A stretch of DNA of 64,000 nucleotides from the human T2T-CHM13v2.0 reference genome, Homo sapiens, in assembly GCF_009914755.1 (NCBI RefSeq), contig NC_060927.1. One strand, written 5' to 3'. Both the position numbers and the translations under genes were made by a program. Positions 21,223 through 32,871 of the stretch are shown here, piece by piece; the stretch's first letter is position 1; every line of letters begins with the position of its first letter. The notes under the pieces are model-generated. The model made no database searches, was not told the DNA's origin, and was given only the letters and a program-made list of their open reading frames with translations.

Positions 21223-22537
21223 ACATCCTTGATTGCTCGTACATATGTGCTGACTGCTAACCCAATCTTTGCAACAGAACACTTCTAGCTTCATAATTTT
21301 ATTGCTTGCTTCTGTATTGCCTGTCTTGTCATTTCTAAAAGATATAAAAAATCTTGACTATCTTGTTAAGTCAACAAAGCACATTTAAATTATCTTTATA
21401 ATCAGAAATTTCAGTCCTTCTGTAAATGAGAGAGAGAGACTCTGAATATTCCTAACCTTTCAAAGTCAATGTGTTTATGTCATTTCTGAAGATAACTATT
21501 ATTCCCCAAGCCTGTGGTGTTTTCATTGAAAGAGATTACTTTCCCTTGCACAGCTGAGTCCAAATGCTTTTCATTTGGAAATGAATGGCCCACTCATTTG
21601 AATGTTTTATTATGTCAATATCCTATAATTATGCTTTAATTAAATAATGGCACAAGGTACATACCAAGTGAAAATGTTAAGGACTCTCAATATACAAATG
21701 AATTATAGGATGGTAGTATGTGAAATGGTTTCTAGAGAAGAGAATGCATAAGGAAATATTTCAGAAAAGTAAAGTTTTTTTTCCTTAATTCTGGTATTTT
21801 CTAAGATAAATGAATACAAGCTAACATCTGGGAACATTAATTCAATGCCTTTTAGTCCAAGGCTGCCAATTCTACCTGAGAAACTTTTTTTATAATGTCA
21901 AAATGATACTGCTTTCAGATTTTTCTTCTGTTGTTTTTGATGAGTATCTGGGCTGCTACTGCTCAAAATTTTTATTGTGTTTATGTGGTGTGAGTCACTG
22001 AGGATTCCCTTTCGCTGAACATCCAACTTCTGTTTACTTCAGTCCTCCCTTGTTAGCTTGTCAATATTAATTAATTAATTAAAAATGAGAAACACTTGTA
22101 TTATTGTGTCCAACGTACTTCCCTATTCTGTTTCAGCAACATGTGAAAATTCTTTTAGACAGTCAGGAAGGAAGAAAATAGCTGTCTTTTCCAATATATT
22201 GAACACAATGCCTACGAAGCATTTTAGCTTTTATTAAAAGGAAATAAACTGAAGAGTATGTTCCACATTTCCAGCAACACTAAAGGTGTTGGAAGAGTTT
22301 CTACTTTTTTCAGCCCCCGAGCTGAGATAATCGCTTTTCTCAGCTCACCCACTGCCCAGGACCAGAATGGTTTCTCCATCAATTGTGAGTCCAAGGACCT
22401 TGCTGCTTAGTCCCTTCACTGGATCCACTGTGGGTATCTGTGTGAACACCTTCAGAATCAAGAAATGTCAGAATCAAGGATTTCTGAGACCGTAATATTT
22501 CTAAGACGTAGTATAGCTCTTTACTCTGTTGTACTTT

Positions 22538-23319
22538 TTTTTTTCTGGAAATAGAAAAGTTTTTATTTTCTTAATATATTTTTGTGCGTTTGGTGAGAGA
22601 ATGTAAAAACTATATTCAAAAAGAAATAAAGTATAAATTTGCATAAAATTAATTCCATGGAAGGCTTAATTTTGTCTCTCACAGTTTAAGTGATTTTTTT
22701 TTCCAGCAGTTTTCTGGTTAGTTGAACCAAATGAAGCTACCATAACAACTGTGGTTATTACCACCGATATAATGGTGGTACCAATATAAAGGTACAATGA
22801 ACAACATGTTCATTTTACAAAAACGAAAAATTCACAATGTGAAAACCAAGTCTCCTTCATACTTTGTTTAAAGTACAAACAAATCTAGTTGCCAGGTGCC
22901 CTAGTGACCCTAGGACTTGTCAGAGCCCTTGAGATCAGGGGATCCTTCTGAGCCCAGTTGTTTAAGTTATCTTCTTCCAGGACTCTGAGAGTTCCACCCC
23001 CATATTTCATACTTGAAAGGCTCCTCTTCCAGCCATCCGGACCCATTTCTAGATACATCTGTGGTTATCAGCTTCTTTTATAGCATTCGGAGATATTCAA
23101 TGCTGCTACAAGAATTTACAAATGTATCCCTTTTACTTTACTCAAATAATCTGTTTGTACTTTGATTTAACAATATTTTTTGGGGGATTTTTCCATTACA
23201 ACGTACATAGAGCTATCTCATTCTTTTAGGCCGTTAGCAGTGATCAATTTTACGGATATATAAAGGTTATTTTAATAATCCCCTGTTACTAGACAGTTAG
23301 GTAATTTTCAGTCTTTTCC
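22538..23319 (-). pseudogene. Retrotransposed non-coding RNA fragment (3'UTR-only processed pseudogene or orphan transduction)
   Basis: Perfect 17-bp TSD ttactctgttgtacttt at 22521-22537 and 23320-23336; poly(T) to 22544; AATAAA on - at 22562-22567. Confidence 0.8.
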
Positions 23320-23611
23320 TTACTCTGTTGTACTTTATGACACTTAAACATTTTTTGAGAATTTACCCCAGCCATCTAGTTAGAGATTTTTCAGCTGCAT
23401 GTTTTCAGAAAAGTTGTTCCTCTGTTATAAAATTGTCAAAGCTGAAAGCTTTTCCTCTAGGCTTATCTCATTAAAACCTCATTGTTGGGAGGAAATGGAG
23501 CTCCACACTAAGCAGCCTAACATGCAAAATTTTGAATGTCAAGAAAACACACACTAGCATATATTCTATAGGAGGAGTGGTGAAAATAAACTACAATTCA
23601 TTGGTTACGTA

Positions 23612-23800
23612 ATAGGTGCCATGCATCTGCTATTTGCTTTAAGTATAGTATTCTTACATTCACAACATTTCTGCAAGGTAGTTATTATTATTTCTACTTG
23701 GCAGTCAATAGAATTGAGGCTCACAGGGTTTAATTATTTAGCCAAGCTCACACAGCCAGTACCTTTCAAAAGCTGGCTCCTAATGTAAATTTTTCTGACT
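23612..23800 (-). mobile_element. MIR fragment
   Basis: cacaacatttctgcaaggtagttattatt...gaattgaggctcacagggtt...gccaagctcacacagcc. Confidence 0.75.
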
Positions 23801-23864
23801 CTTCACAAAAGCACATTGTCATTGCATTGTCTAAGGGTCACTAATTATATTATCACATCTTCCT

Positions 23865-24025
23865 TCTGACCCTGAAAATTTTACCTGAGTTATTTAATCT
23901 TTCTGATTCTCTGGTAATTTTTTCTGTAAAAGGAAAATAATAGTCTCTATCCACCTCAGTGAACTCAAGTGAAGATGAAATAGGATAACATATATAAACA
24001 GCTTTGTAAATTATAATTCACTATA
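23865..24025 (+). mobile_element. MIR/MIR3 fragment
   Basis: gagttatttaatctttctg...tctgtaaaaggaaaataatag...gctttgtaaattataa. Confidence 0.65.
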
Positions 24026-24650
24026 ATAGCTAAAGAAATCTCAATAGTATTAACTATGATACTTTGAATAACAATTATTATCTCTCAAAAGACTGGGGCA
24101 ATGAAAGTAAGAGAGGTCATAAATAAATCCAAATCACATTCAGTGCAAATGTGGTCAAAACATGGTACAAAAGCTATTTAATGATATATTTGCTTAAAAT
24201 TTTACCCTATATTTAGAAACACCTTTATAGAAACAATTTCTGCAGATATTATCAAGAAAAGAAAATTTCAAGAGATAATATCAAGAAAATTTTTTAAATT
24301 TCTGATTTTTTTTTTAATTTCAAAATGAAGCAGTTATGGAACACCACAAATAACACAAATTTCTTGATAAACAATGAACAAAATTACTGTTATCTTGCTA
24401 AAGTAGACCATTTCCCCCCCATATTTTTGAATGGAACTTGGTTTAGCTCCATCTGTGTCTTTCTCTCATTCTTTCTTCCCCTGATTTCTCCACCCAAACC
24501 TCAAACATCTGTAACCGATGCTATTTAAAACCCTAAGTTCTGTACCACTCCCACCCTTCATCCCACTCAAGTCCTTGAATGGCTGTAGACAGAAGGACAT
24601 TAGCATTGTTCCTGAGGACTGCAAATCTGATTAAAACTATATGGTATCAA

Positions 24651-24956
24651 CAGTTATCCTCAGCAAACTAACGCAGGAACAGAAAAGCAAACACCAGATA
24701 CTCTCACTTACAGGTGGAAGCTGAATAATGAGAATACATAGAGACATGGTGGGACAACACACACTGGGGCCTGTTGGGGAGGGTGGGGGTGGGAGGCAGG
24801 AGAGCATCAGGAAAAATAGCTGATGAATGCTGAGCTTAATACCTAGATGATTGGTTGATCTGTGCAGCAAACCACCATGGCACACCTTTACCTATGTAAC
24901 AAGCCTGAACATCCTGCTCATGTACCCTGGAACTTAAAAGTTGAAGGCAAAAAAAC
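24651..24956 (+). mobile_element. Short 5'-truncated L1PA10-13-like 3' end
   Basis: ttatcctcagcaaactaacgcaggaacag...gtaccctggaacttaaaag; degenerate TSD actatatggtatc / actatgtagtatc. Confidence 0.85.
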
Positions 24957-25184
24957 CCACTATGTAGTATCTAATCTAGAGTACCTGTCCTCTTTAACTT
25001 GTGAACATATTTGCAGTTGTTGAATGGGAGACAACTTTGGGTACAGAGACATGTTACAGAGTGAACTTTACTGTTTTTGTTATATTCTGCCTCATAACTC
25101 AATCTACATATCATAGGTGAAGCTACAGTTCGAGCACCTTTTGTGTGTGTGTGTGTAGGGGGGATTATTTGCCTCCAGTTATCT

Positions 25185-25452
25185 TTTTAAAATTTTTTGA
25201 AAATTATTTTAAACAAATTTTGAGGGTACATAATAGGTGTGTATATTTATGAGGTACATGAGATGTTTTGACACAGGCACGCAATGTGAAATAAGCACAC
25301 ATCATGGAGAATGGAGTATTTGTCTTCTCAAGCATTAATCCTTTGAGTTAAAACAATTCAATTACATCCCTTAAGCTATGTTAAAACATACAATTACATT
25401 ATTATTGACTATAGTTACCTTATTATGCTATCAAATAGTAGGTCTCTTCTTT
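25185..25452 (-). mobile_element. L1MA2/3-like 3' end
   Basis: gggtacataataggtgtgtatatttatgaggtacatgagatgttttg...attattgactatagt. Confidence 0.8.
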
Positions 25453-26242
25453 TTCACTGTCTTTCTCTTTTTCTTTCTTTCCTCACACACACTCTCTCTC
25501 AATAGAGAAATAGAGAGATTAGATAAATACAGATTTATGCATATAGATATATAGATATGAAGCACACATACATACACATTTCTCTCACCCCAACTATAAT
25601 AACAATAAGTATGTTGGTTTACAATGATAACTTTTCTCTTTCTTGAGCCTAGTTTCAAAGTAATTTTACTTCAATCTCATATGGCACAGGACAGTTAAAC
25701 AGTGATAATGGGAGAAATGGGTAAAAGAAGTATGAGGAACAGATACTCAGAGTCAGAATTAGATAGAAGTGAAGCATTATGGAGCATTAGAGATAGAGGG
25801 ATTGTAAGTCAAAATCTATGACATTCTTAGCCCCCACGCCTGACACATCACACCACTCCTCTAAAAGATCAAGACATTGTAAACATGAACTAATATAACT
25901 ATATTCTGACATAGCTAGAAACTGAAACTGCACCCTTCAATAACTCACTGGGTTGCCCTCTCTAGTGCCTTGATATTTCTGTTTTATAAGGCTTTGGTAT
26001 CACATAGGTAACTAACTGTAGTCTCTTATATATGGTATCTAAGGCAGATTTGTTGATACAGTCTACACATTTTATAAAGTTATGCATTCTTGGAAACATA
26101 AAATTCTAGACAGTGACATGTTTGTAAAGTAAAAAAAAAAGTAAGAATTTCATTGAAACAGATTTGTGAGTCAAGAAGGAGTTGGTCACACAACCTGGTG
26201 AGACACATTTTAAAAGCCTATAGTAAAGAAAAAAGAAGTTCA

Positions 26243-26533
26243 GGCCGGGTGCAGTGGCTCACGCCTGTAATCCCAGCACTTTGGGAAGCCGAGGTTGGTG
26301 GATCACGAGGTCAGGAGTTCAAGACCAGCCTGGCCAAGATGGTGAAACCCCATCTCTACTAAAAATACCAAACTTAGCCAGGCATGATGGAGGGTGCCTA
26401 TAATCCCAGCTACTCGGGAGGCTGAGGCAGAGAATTGCTTGAACCTGGGAGGCGGAGGTTGCAGTGAGCTGAGATGGCGCCACTGCATTCCAGCCTGGGG
26501 GACAGAGGGAGACTCCATCTCAACAAAAAAAAA
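26243..26533 (+). mobile_element. Alu (AluSg-like)
   Basis: Full dimer with ggatcacgaggtcaggagttc...ggccaagatgg; TSD ending aagttca on both sides. Confidence 0.93.
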
Positions 26534-26847
26534 AAGTTCAAGAGATCTACAGGTTGCTTCAAGTGCTAGGTAGAAAGGTGGAATGGCTACATGGCTACAT
26601 GTGTGTATTGTAGAAAAATATTATGTAGAGAAAAATATGTCATAAAGTCAATAACATGAATGTGATCTTAAGTCATTATGAATCACTACTTAGGGGAAGA
26701 ACCTCATCTTCAAATACCCCAATCCAAAGTCATCTTTTTGTTTTTTTTAACTATACCATAATACATGTGTTTTGTGATGCAGAAACAGAAGTAAAATGAG
26801 TTTCATAGTTTAATTTCTTATTTTGCTATTTTAGCTTTTTTGGAACT

Positions 26848-27073
26848 GGTGATGGTTAATACTGTGTGTCAATTTGATTGGATTGAAGGAGGCAATATTG
26901 ATCCTGGGTGTGTCTGTGAGGGTGTTGCCAAAAGAGATTAACATTTGAGTCAGTGGCCTGGGAAAAGCAGATTCACCCTTAATCTTATGGGCACCATCTA
27001 ATCAGCTGCCAGCAAATATAAAGCAGGCAGAAAAACATGAAGAGGAGAGATGGGCCTAGCCTCCCAGTCTACA
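26848..27073 (+). mobile_element. MLT2A (ERVL LTR), 5' half only
   Basis: gtgatggttaatact...ttgattggattgaagga...ctaatcagctgccagc...ggcctagcctcccag. Confidence 0.88.
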
Positions 27074-29152
27074 GACTGATATCCTTGATGAACACAGATG
27101 CTAAAATCCTTAACAAAATACTGGTTAACCTAATTCAACAATGTATCAGAAAAATAGTCCACCATGATCAAGTGGGTTTCATACCAGGGATACAGGGATG
27201 GTTTAACATACTCAAGTCAATAAATGTCATACACCACAAAAACAGAATTAAAAACAAAAATCACGTGATCATCTCAATAGATGCAGAAAAAGCATTTGAA
27301 AAAATCCAGCATCCCTTTATGATTAAAACTCACAGCAAAATCAGCATACAAGGCACATACCTCAATGAAATAAAAATCATCTATGACAAACCCACAGCCA
27401 ACAGAATACTGAATGGGGAAATGTTGAAATAATTCCCTCCAGAACTGGAACAAGACAAGGATGCCCACTCTCAGACTTCTCTTCAACATAGTACTGGAAA
27501 TCCTAGCCAGAGCAATCAGACAAGAGAAAGAAATAAAGGGCATCCAAATTCGTAAGGAGGAAGTCAAACTGTCACTGTTTGCTCACAATATGATTGGTTA
27601 CCTCAGAAATCCTGAAGCCTCTTCCAGAAAGCTCCTAGAATTGATAAAAGAGTTCAGCAGTGTTTCTGGATACAGATTAATGTACACAAATCACTAACTC
27701 TTCTATACACAAACAGCAACTAAGCAGAGTATCAAATCAAGAACTCAACCCCTTTTACAATAGCTGCAAACAAAACAAAACAAAACAAAACAAAACAAAA
27801 CAAAAACCAACTTAGGAATATACCTAACCAACGAGGCAAAAGACCTCTACATGGAAAACTACAAAACACTGCTGATAAAAATCTAGATGACACAAACAAA
27901 AGGAAACACAACCCTTGCTCATAAACGGGTAGAATCAATATTGTGGAAATGACCTTACTGCAAAAAGCAATCTACAAATTCAGTGCAATCCCCATCAAAG
28001 TACCATCATCATTCTTCACAGAATTAGGAAAAACAATTCTAAAATTCATAAAAAAACAAAAAAGAGCCCACATAACCAAAGCAAGACTAAGCAAAAAGAA
28101 CAAATCTGCAGGTATCAACACTACCTGATTTCAAACTATACTCTAAGGCCATAGTCACCAAAACAGCATGATACTGGTATAAAAATAGGTACATAGACCA
28201 ATGGAACTGAATGGAGAACCCAGAAATAAACCCAAATACTTACAGCCAACTAATCTTCAACAAAGCAAACAAAAACATAAAATGGGGAAAGGACACCCTT
28301 TTCAACAAATTGTGCTGGGATAATTGGCTAGCCACATGTAGGAGAATGAAGCTGGATCCTCATCTCTCACCTCATACAAAAATCAACTCAAGATTGATTA
28401 AGGACTTAAATCTAAGACCTGAAACTGTAAAAATTTTAGAAGACAACATTGGAAAACCCCTCTTGACTTTGGCTTAGGCAAGGGTTTCATGACCAAGAAC
28501 CAGAAAGCAAACGCAATAAAAACAAAGATAAATAGCTGGGACTTAAATAAATTAAAGAGTAGGGTAAACAGACAACCCACAGAGTAGGGGAAAGTCTTTA
28601 CTGCCTATCATCCAACAAAGGACTAATATCCAGAATCTACAATGAACTCAAATAAATAAGCAAGAAAAAAACAAACAATCCCATCAAAAAGTAGGCTAAG
28701 GACATGAATAGACAATTCTCAAAAGAGGACATACAAATCACCAACAAAAATGTGAAAAAATGCTCAACATCACTAATGACCAGGGAAATGCAAATCAAAA
28801 CCACAGTGTGATACCACCTTATTCCTGCAAGAATGACCGTGATCAAAAAATAAAAAAACACTAGATGTTGGCATGGATGTGGTGATCAGCTAATACTTCT
28901 ATACTGCTGATGGGAATGTAAACTAACACAACCACTATGGAAAACAGTGTGGAGATGCCTTAAAGAACTAAAAGTAGAACTACCATTTGATCCAGCAATC
29001 CCACTACTGGGTATCTAACCAGAGGAAAAGAAGTCATTATATGAAAAAGATACTTGCACACACATAATCACAGCAGCACAATTTGCAATTGCAAAAATAT
29101 GGAACCAGCCCAAATGCCCATCAATCAATGGTGGATAAGGAAACTGTGATAT

Positions 29153-29198
<46 letters not shown>

Positions 29199-29200
29199 CA

Positions 29201-29240
<40 letters not shown>

Positions 29241-29466
29241 CACATATATATCTATATATATGATGGAATACTACTCAGCCATCAAAAGGAATGAATTAGC
29301 AGCGTTTGCAGTGACCTGGATGAGATTGGAGACTATTATTCTAAGTGAAGTAACTCAAGAAGGGAAAACCAAACACTGCATGTTCTCACTGATATGTGGG
29401 AGCTAAGCTATGAGGACACAAAGGCAGAAGAATGATACAATGGACTTTAGGGACTTAGAGGGAAGG
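27069..29466 (+). mobile_element. L1PB1-like ORF2 3' half, lacking the poly(A) end
   Basis: ORF2 fragments ([22 protein letters not shown]); 3'UTR gggagctaagctatgagg; internal (CAAAA)n and (CA)n(TA)n. Confidence 0.9.
29150..29260. repeat. (CA)n/(TA)n compound microsatellite
   Basis: Directly visible within the L1PB. Confidence 0.9.
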
Positions 29467-29930
29467 ATAATACCTATTGTGTTTGTTAATAATCATAATT
29501 AGTAGTAGTATCATTACTATTACTATTATTATTGAAGCTATTGCTCCAACTATTATATTAATAATAAACAACAGAATGGTATGCACATGAAGTAAATACC
29601 TTAAAGTAAGCTTCATAGTTTTTAGCTATGAAAATTTGAAGAAGCTATTTAGTCTCTCTTCATTTTATTTCCCTATCATTACAAAAATATTTACAATGCT
29701 CTCCACATAGGTTCTGTCTCAGTTCGGATTTTTCTAGTTGTAATATTTATTTCAGTACAAATAGTTAATTTTTTGGGGAAAAGTATCAGAAACACCACAA
29801 ACGAAGAAAACCATACAAGGAAAGGAAGGCTGCTTATAAGAATTGCAATATCAAATCAGTGGTTTGATACTCCTGCAGTGGGCTTAGTCCTGCAGGGAAA
29901 TGTTTGTAAATATGATAATATGAGGAGAGA

Positions 29931-30028
29931 GCCAGGCATAGTGGTGCATGCCTGTAGTCCCAACTACTTGGAATGCAAGAGGATTGCTTGAGATTAGGGA
30001 ATCGAGTCCACCCTAGGCAAATTAACTC
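29931..30028 (+). mobile_element. FLAM/FAM-like Alu monomer
   Basis: gccaggcatagtggtgcatgcctgtagtcccaactac...ggattgcttgag. Confidence 0.7.
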
Positions 30029-30043
30029 TCCCACCCCACATGT

Positions 30044-30143
30044 TACATATATATATATACACATACATTTATGTATTCATTTATATATATATATATCTCC
30101 ATACATATATGTGTGTGTGTTTTGTGTGTGTGTATGTGTGTGT
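30044..30143. repeat. (TA)n/(TG)n microsatellite
   Basis: Directly visible. Confidence 0.85.
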
Positions 30144-30148
30144 TTATG

Positions 30149-30406
30149 ATAGAAGCAGAGGTAGAAATGATGTGGACATGAGTCAAGGAATGTGGGCAAC
30201 CTCTAGAAGCAAGAAAAAACAAGGAAATAATTCTCCTTCAGAGCAATCAGAAGAGATGTAGCTCTACTAACACCTTGAATCGAGTTCAGTAAGACCAGTT
30301 TGGACTTCTGAATTCCAGAATTGTAAGATAATCAGTGTGTGCTTTTTTTTTTTTTTTTAGCTACTTACTATGCTTTTTAGTTCCAGCAGCAACAGAAACT
30401 AGTACA
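30149..30406 (+). mobile_element. MLT1 (MLT1C/D-like) MaLR LTR, 3' part
   Basis: caaggaatgtgggcaacctctagaagc...gacttctgaattccagaattgtaagata...gaaactagtaca. Confidence 0.8.
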
Positions 30407-30759
30407 GATTTTGTGAAAAAAGTAAACCTTGCAATTATACCACCTGGAGAACAGGGAGCTGACATATTTCTATACCATCTCCCAAGTGTTTTCAGTTTTA
30501 GATCTACTCCTTTTAGCTTTCAATCCGTTAAAATAAGGAGAAATAACTGCCTTTCCTGGTTATGGAATGAAAGCTTCAGGCATAGATATGCAGAAACTGG
30601 CAACTGGCAGTTAACCAAGAAAAGCCTAGTGGATGATTTAGGGCAGGCATTGACAATCTGATACAAGAGTTAAATGAGATTATGTAAATGAGTATCTTTT
30701 TCCATGTCCCAAACAGCATGAGAAATGTTACCTTTCTTTTTTCTTTCTTTCCTATTCTG

Positions 30760-31042
30760 TCAAACTCATATTTTTCCTTCAAATCCAGTTCAAATATCAA
30801 CTGTTTTCTGAAATTTTCCTATCGATAGCAGGCAGAATTGACTTTGCTGAACTATGTGCATCCTTCATAGAAATATAGCTACATTTTGTTTTCATAATTC
30901 ATTTGCATGCTTATCATTGCCACTAAATTATAAGTTCTTGAGAACAAAGACCTTGTTTAATTGTTTTATTCTTTTGAAACTCCCATGTATAATAGTGTGT
31001 GTAATGGTTAGGATCACAAGAAACATTTGTAGAATGAATGAA
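30760..31042 (+). mobile_element. L2 3' end
   Basis: taagttcttgagaacaaagacc...catttgtagaatgaatgaa. Confidence 0.7.
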
Positions 31043-32283
31043 CTTTATGTTCAAAACTTGGCTGTCATCTCAGATGGAGATTACATTTCATAGTTATTTC
31101 ACACCTGCAGAATTATGTAGGCCTTTATATCATCTTTCTGAGGAGTCTAGATAATTGTTTTATTTCATGTCAGCAACTTCACTAAGAAACATCCCCCAAA
31201 ATGGAGGTGACTTTAGTGGTCCAACATCCTTTCCATTAAAGACCTATTCCCATTAGTCTCACTATACTTCCTGCCACTGCAAGATTACACTGGGTAATAG
31301 CAACCAAAATAATCGAATTAGTGTTTGAGAGGATTTTTAAAAAAATCCTGAACATCTATAAAAATTGAGGATCTCTATGGATCTGTATTTATTTATGAGA
31401 GAAAATACTGAGCTGTTACAACCAGTCAGGCTAGCAGAATGCAAGAAAGTATATATTTTATTCTTTGTTTCCACAACATTTATAACTTCTACAAAGCAGA
31501 GAACAGCTGTTACACTGGCGATGTGCAGTATATTTTGGGCAAGTAGGGCAGCAGGGTGACTAATGTGCACTGTAATAGCATTATAAGTGACTCACTGGAG
31601 TGCAATTATCAGTATAGTTGCCACATGCTTGGTTTATGATTAGGTTAATCAGTTCCTTAGCCGATTTCACTCTGTGTCTTCCTCTGGTAAATTTAAACAC
31701 TTTATTCTCTTGCCTGGAAACCTAGCCATAGACTTTATTTGTGGTTTTCCCCTGGTTAAATTTCATGTCACTTTCTCTGCAAGTTGCTATTTTCCTTGGG
31801 TCATATTTAACCCCACAGACCAGTTTGCAAACTAAACCACTGTGCAAAATTTAAACAATGCAGAATTCTCAAGGCATCACGCATCTTAGCAACCAGGAGT
31901 CCCTCAAGGGAGCATGCTGTATTTCTTTATTGCCTTTCTTACTCTCGTTATTTATTGCCATTGAGACACACTGGAAGGAGATGGTGTTAATTCTTCACAT
32001 TAGAATGGGCATCACATAGGCAATGTATGGTGCCCCTCAACTTGCAAATGGCCAGAAGAGAATAGATTTGGGATCACCCCATGAGTTAGGGCCTAATATT
32101 ATAAAGGCAATCAAGACAATGCTTTCAAGTTTTATTTCTTTAATCTTCCTATTTCTATTTAGAAGCAAACTCTAATTTTCTTCTTCTTTCAGCACAGTTC
32201 TGATTATTTCACTCCCTTACTCAAAAATCTTTAATAAGTTTATATTTTACTACAGTCAATCTTAGTTTTATTATGATGGTAAT

Positions 32284-32871
32284 CATGGCAGACAGACACT
32301 AGGGTGTACCTTACTTTATCTCTACCAATTGGTGCTCATGCATGTATTATTCCCTTCTCTTAAATGTGAGCAGCATCTGTAACTTGCTCCCAAACAGTGG
32401 TATATGTCAAAGATCATGACCAGTTATTTTCACGATTATGTAATGTTTTGCTAGCATAATTACTCTAGAGATTCTTTCTGGTGTCTAATGAAGTAAATGG
32501 TCATAGTATGAACACCCATAGAGAAAGGACTTGTGGTGGGTCTCTAGAAGTTAAGGGTGGGCACTAGGAGCTCAGGGTGACTTCTAGCCAATAGTCAGCA
32601 AAAGCAACTGATGTTCAGTTTTAAGAGCTGTAAGAAACTGAATAGTACCAACAACTATGTGAGCGGGACACTGAGTTCTTCCCCAGTTGAGCCTCCAGAT
32701 AAGAATGCAACTGACTGAAGCCTTGAACATGGCTGTTGAGACCCTCGACAGATAAGTCAACCAAGCTGTGCCCAGGCTCCTGACCCACAGAAATTGTGAG
32801 ACAATAAATGTGTGTTGTCTTAAACACTAAAGTTGTGATAATTTATTACACAGCCATAGAGAATGAATACA
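32284..32871 (+). mobile_element. MLT1E-like MaLR solo LTR, apparently inserted in an L2
   Basis: ccccagttgagcctccagat...tcctgacccacagaaattgtgagacaataaatg...gaatgaataca; 5-bp TSD gtaat/gcaat. Confidence 0.82.

Noticed and set aside
26153-26518. Alu-derived ORFs (also at 37038, 41288, 52886-53307, 57300)
   Set aside because: Typical Alu translation artefacts.
27037-27432. 131-aa LTR-L1 chimeric ORF
   Set aside because: A chance in-frame fusion of MLT2A and an L1 RT fragment that ends early at a frameshift.
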